From Squalus acanthias (taxonomy: Eukaryota): a stretch of 64,000 nt of DNA. Under the pieces are notes generated by a model that saw only the letters and a program-made list of their open reading frames with translations, had not been told where the DNA came from and made no database searches. Location: positions 112,222,001 through 112,286,000 of the forward strand of contig CM059431.1 in NCBI GenBank assembly GCA_030390025.1, written 5' to 3'. Positions 62,599 to 64,000 of this stretch are shown piece by piece (the first letter of the stretch is position 1; each line of letters starts with the position of its first letter). The position numbers were made by a program, and so were the translations under genes.

Positions 62599-64000
62599 TA
62601 AAGAAAGAAAGACCAAGTTCCATCTGGTTCGCCTTAACATCCTGATAATCACATGATACAACAATAATGGAGTTTCTGATTTATCATGGTAATCAATCTC
62701 TATCAATTAGTCTACAACAGACCCAGACATGAGGCGAGGAAAACCCCCAGTGGTGGAAAGATTTGGAAACCTTAGGACCAGAGTCACCTGTTCCTCCCAA
62801 GCACGTAACACATGTCATATTTCAAATTACTTGTATACTGTATTGCAAAGTATTATTTTCTAAAAGAGATCTATCTAATTTGCATTTGAATGAATTAACA
62901 ATGTCTGCTTCCACCTTCTCCCTATGGAGCCTGTTTCATAGATTTCCCACTCGCTCACTGAAATAATAAAAGAAAGACTTGCATTTATATAGCGTCTTTC
63001 ATGACTACTGGATGTCCCAAAGCGCTTTACAGCCAATGAAATACTTTTTGAAGTGTGGTCACTGTTGTAATGTAGGAAACACGGCAGCCAATTTGCGCAC
63101 AGCAAACTCTCACAAACAGCAATGTGATAATGACCAGATCATTTTTTTTACTGATGTTGATCACTAGGGATAAATATTGGCCCAGGACACTGGGGATAAC
63201 TCCCCTGCTCTTCTTTGGAATAGTGCAATGGGATCTTTTACGTCCACCTGAGAGAGCAGACGGGGCTTCGGTTTTAACTTCTCATCCAAAAGACGGCACC
63301 TCTGACAGTGCAGCACTCCCTCAGCACTGCACTGGAGTGTCCGCCTAGCTTTATGTGCTCAAGTCTCTGGAGTGGGACTTGAACCCACAACCTTCTGACT
63401 CAGGCGCGAGGGTGCTACCAACTGAACCATGGCTGGCACTAATGCATGGAAGAAGGCATACCAGATTGATCGACAACCAACATTCCTTGATTGGTCATGC
63501 TCACCAAGATGTGATCAATCATACTTTCAGTCACTGTTGCACCTACCTGCCAATGACCCCATGGAAATTTCTTCACCAGGTGCAGAGCTGTGTTTTCTAG
63601 TGCTTTCACAGCCAGTGACTGGCTCAAGCCTATCCCCAACTCATCCCAGGCATACTGCGATGCTGACCTATACGGCTGGTGCCATAGAATAGTAAACAAG
63701 ACCGCCCTGCTCACAAAAACCTCTTGAAGTGGAAGTGGCACTGCAAGAGTTGTTAAAAAGAGGTTGGTTCCTAGGCTGCCCCATGGTTTGCCTGCAGATT
63801 CATCCCTGCACATTGGGTTTCCTTTTTCTTCGGTTTGCCTGCTATTTCTTTCCTCTGTCCCCAGTTAGACTTGAAAAAGGATGACAATGGATTGAGATGC
63901 CTTTTGAGTCTTTCCAAAAGCTGTGTTTTTTTTAAAAAAGCCTCTTCTCTATTCTTCCACTTTTCTCTAATTGTCTAGATCCCTTTAAATTTTACTTAAA

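Larger units (their letters stand above)
62189..63432 (-). mobile_element. Chimeric Deu-SINE plus CR1 3' end, interrupted by the Penelope hairpin
   Basis: SINE 62972-63432; its tail runs into a CR1-like C-terminus (YFSERVGNL*NRL..VEADIVNSFKCKLDR) and 3' UTR ending TGTTCCTATG at 62189. Confidence 0.75.

Noticed and set aside
63439..63813. ORF containing SMIDHILV, resembling an APE endonuclease motif
   Set aside because: A single short motif with no other support; at most a very old LINE remnant.

Overview
This window is eukaryotic, repeat-dense DNA with no recognisable host-gene exon. The repeat inventory (Deu-domain SINEs, CR1 and L2 LINEs, Penelope-type termini, many GGGG/GGCC-ended Harbingers) suggests a vertebrate, most likely a cartilaginous fish (inference). 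DNA transposons: three two-gene PIF/Harbinger elements (transposase plus a spliced Myb/SANT-like gene; the first, 2283-6444, is one nonsense codon from intact) and several MITE derivatives. Retroelements: a young, complete CsRn1-type Gypsy element (41313-45660), several CR1/L2 copies, SINEs, Penelope-like pieces carrying minimal hammerhead-ribozyme motifs, and a near full-length Tx1-type LINE. The most striking observation is that the Tx1 element has no poly(A) of its own after ORF2. It runs directly into an intronless 3' fragment of a ferritin heavy/middle-chain mRNA, which supplies AATAAA and a poly(A). A 12-bp direct repeat (GATGTAATGCAG) brackets LINE plus ferritin, indicating that they retrotransposed as one unit. 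Also notable are a perfect 170-bp hairpin with a complete minimal hammerhead motif in each arm (62218-62561) and a SINE-CR1 chimera seen twice with the same junction. Family assignments come from motif recognition by eye; no database searches were run.
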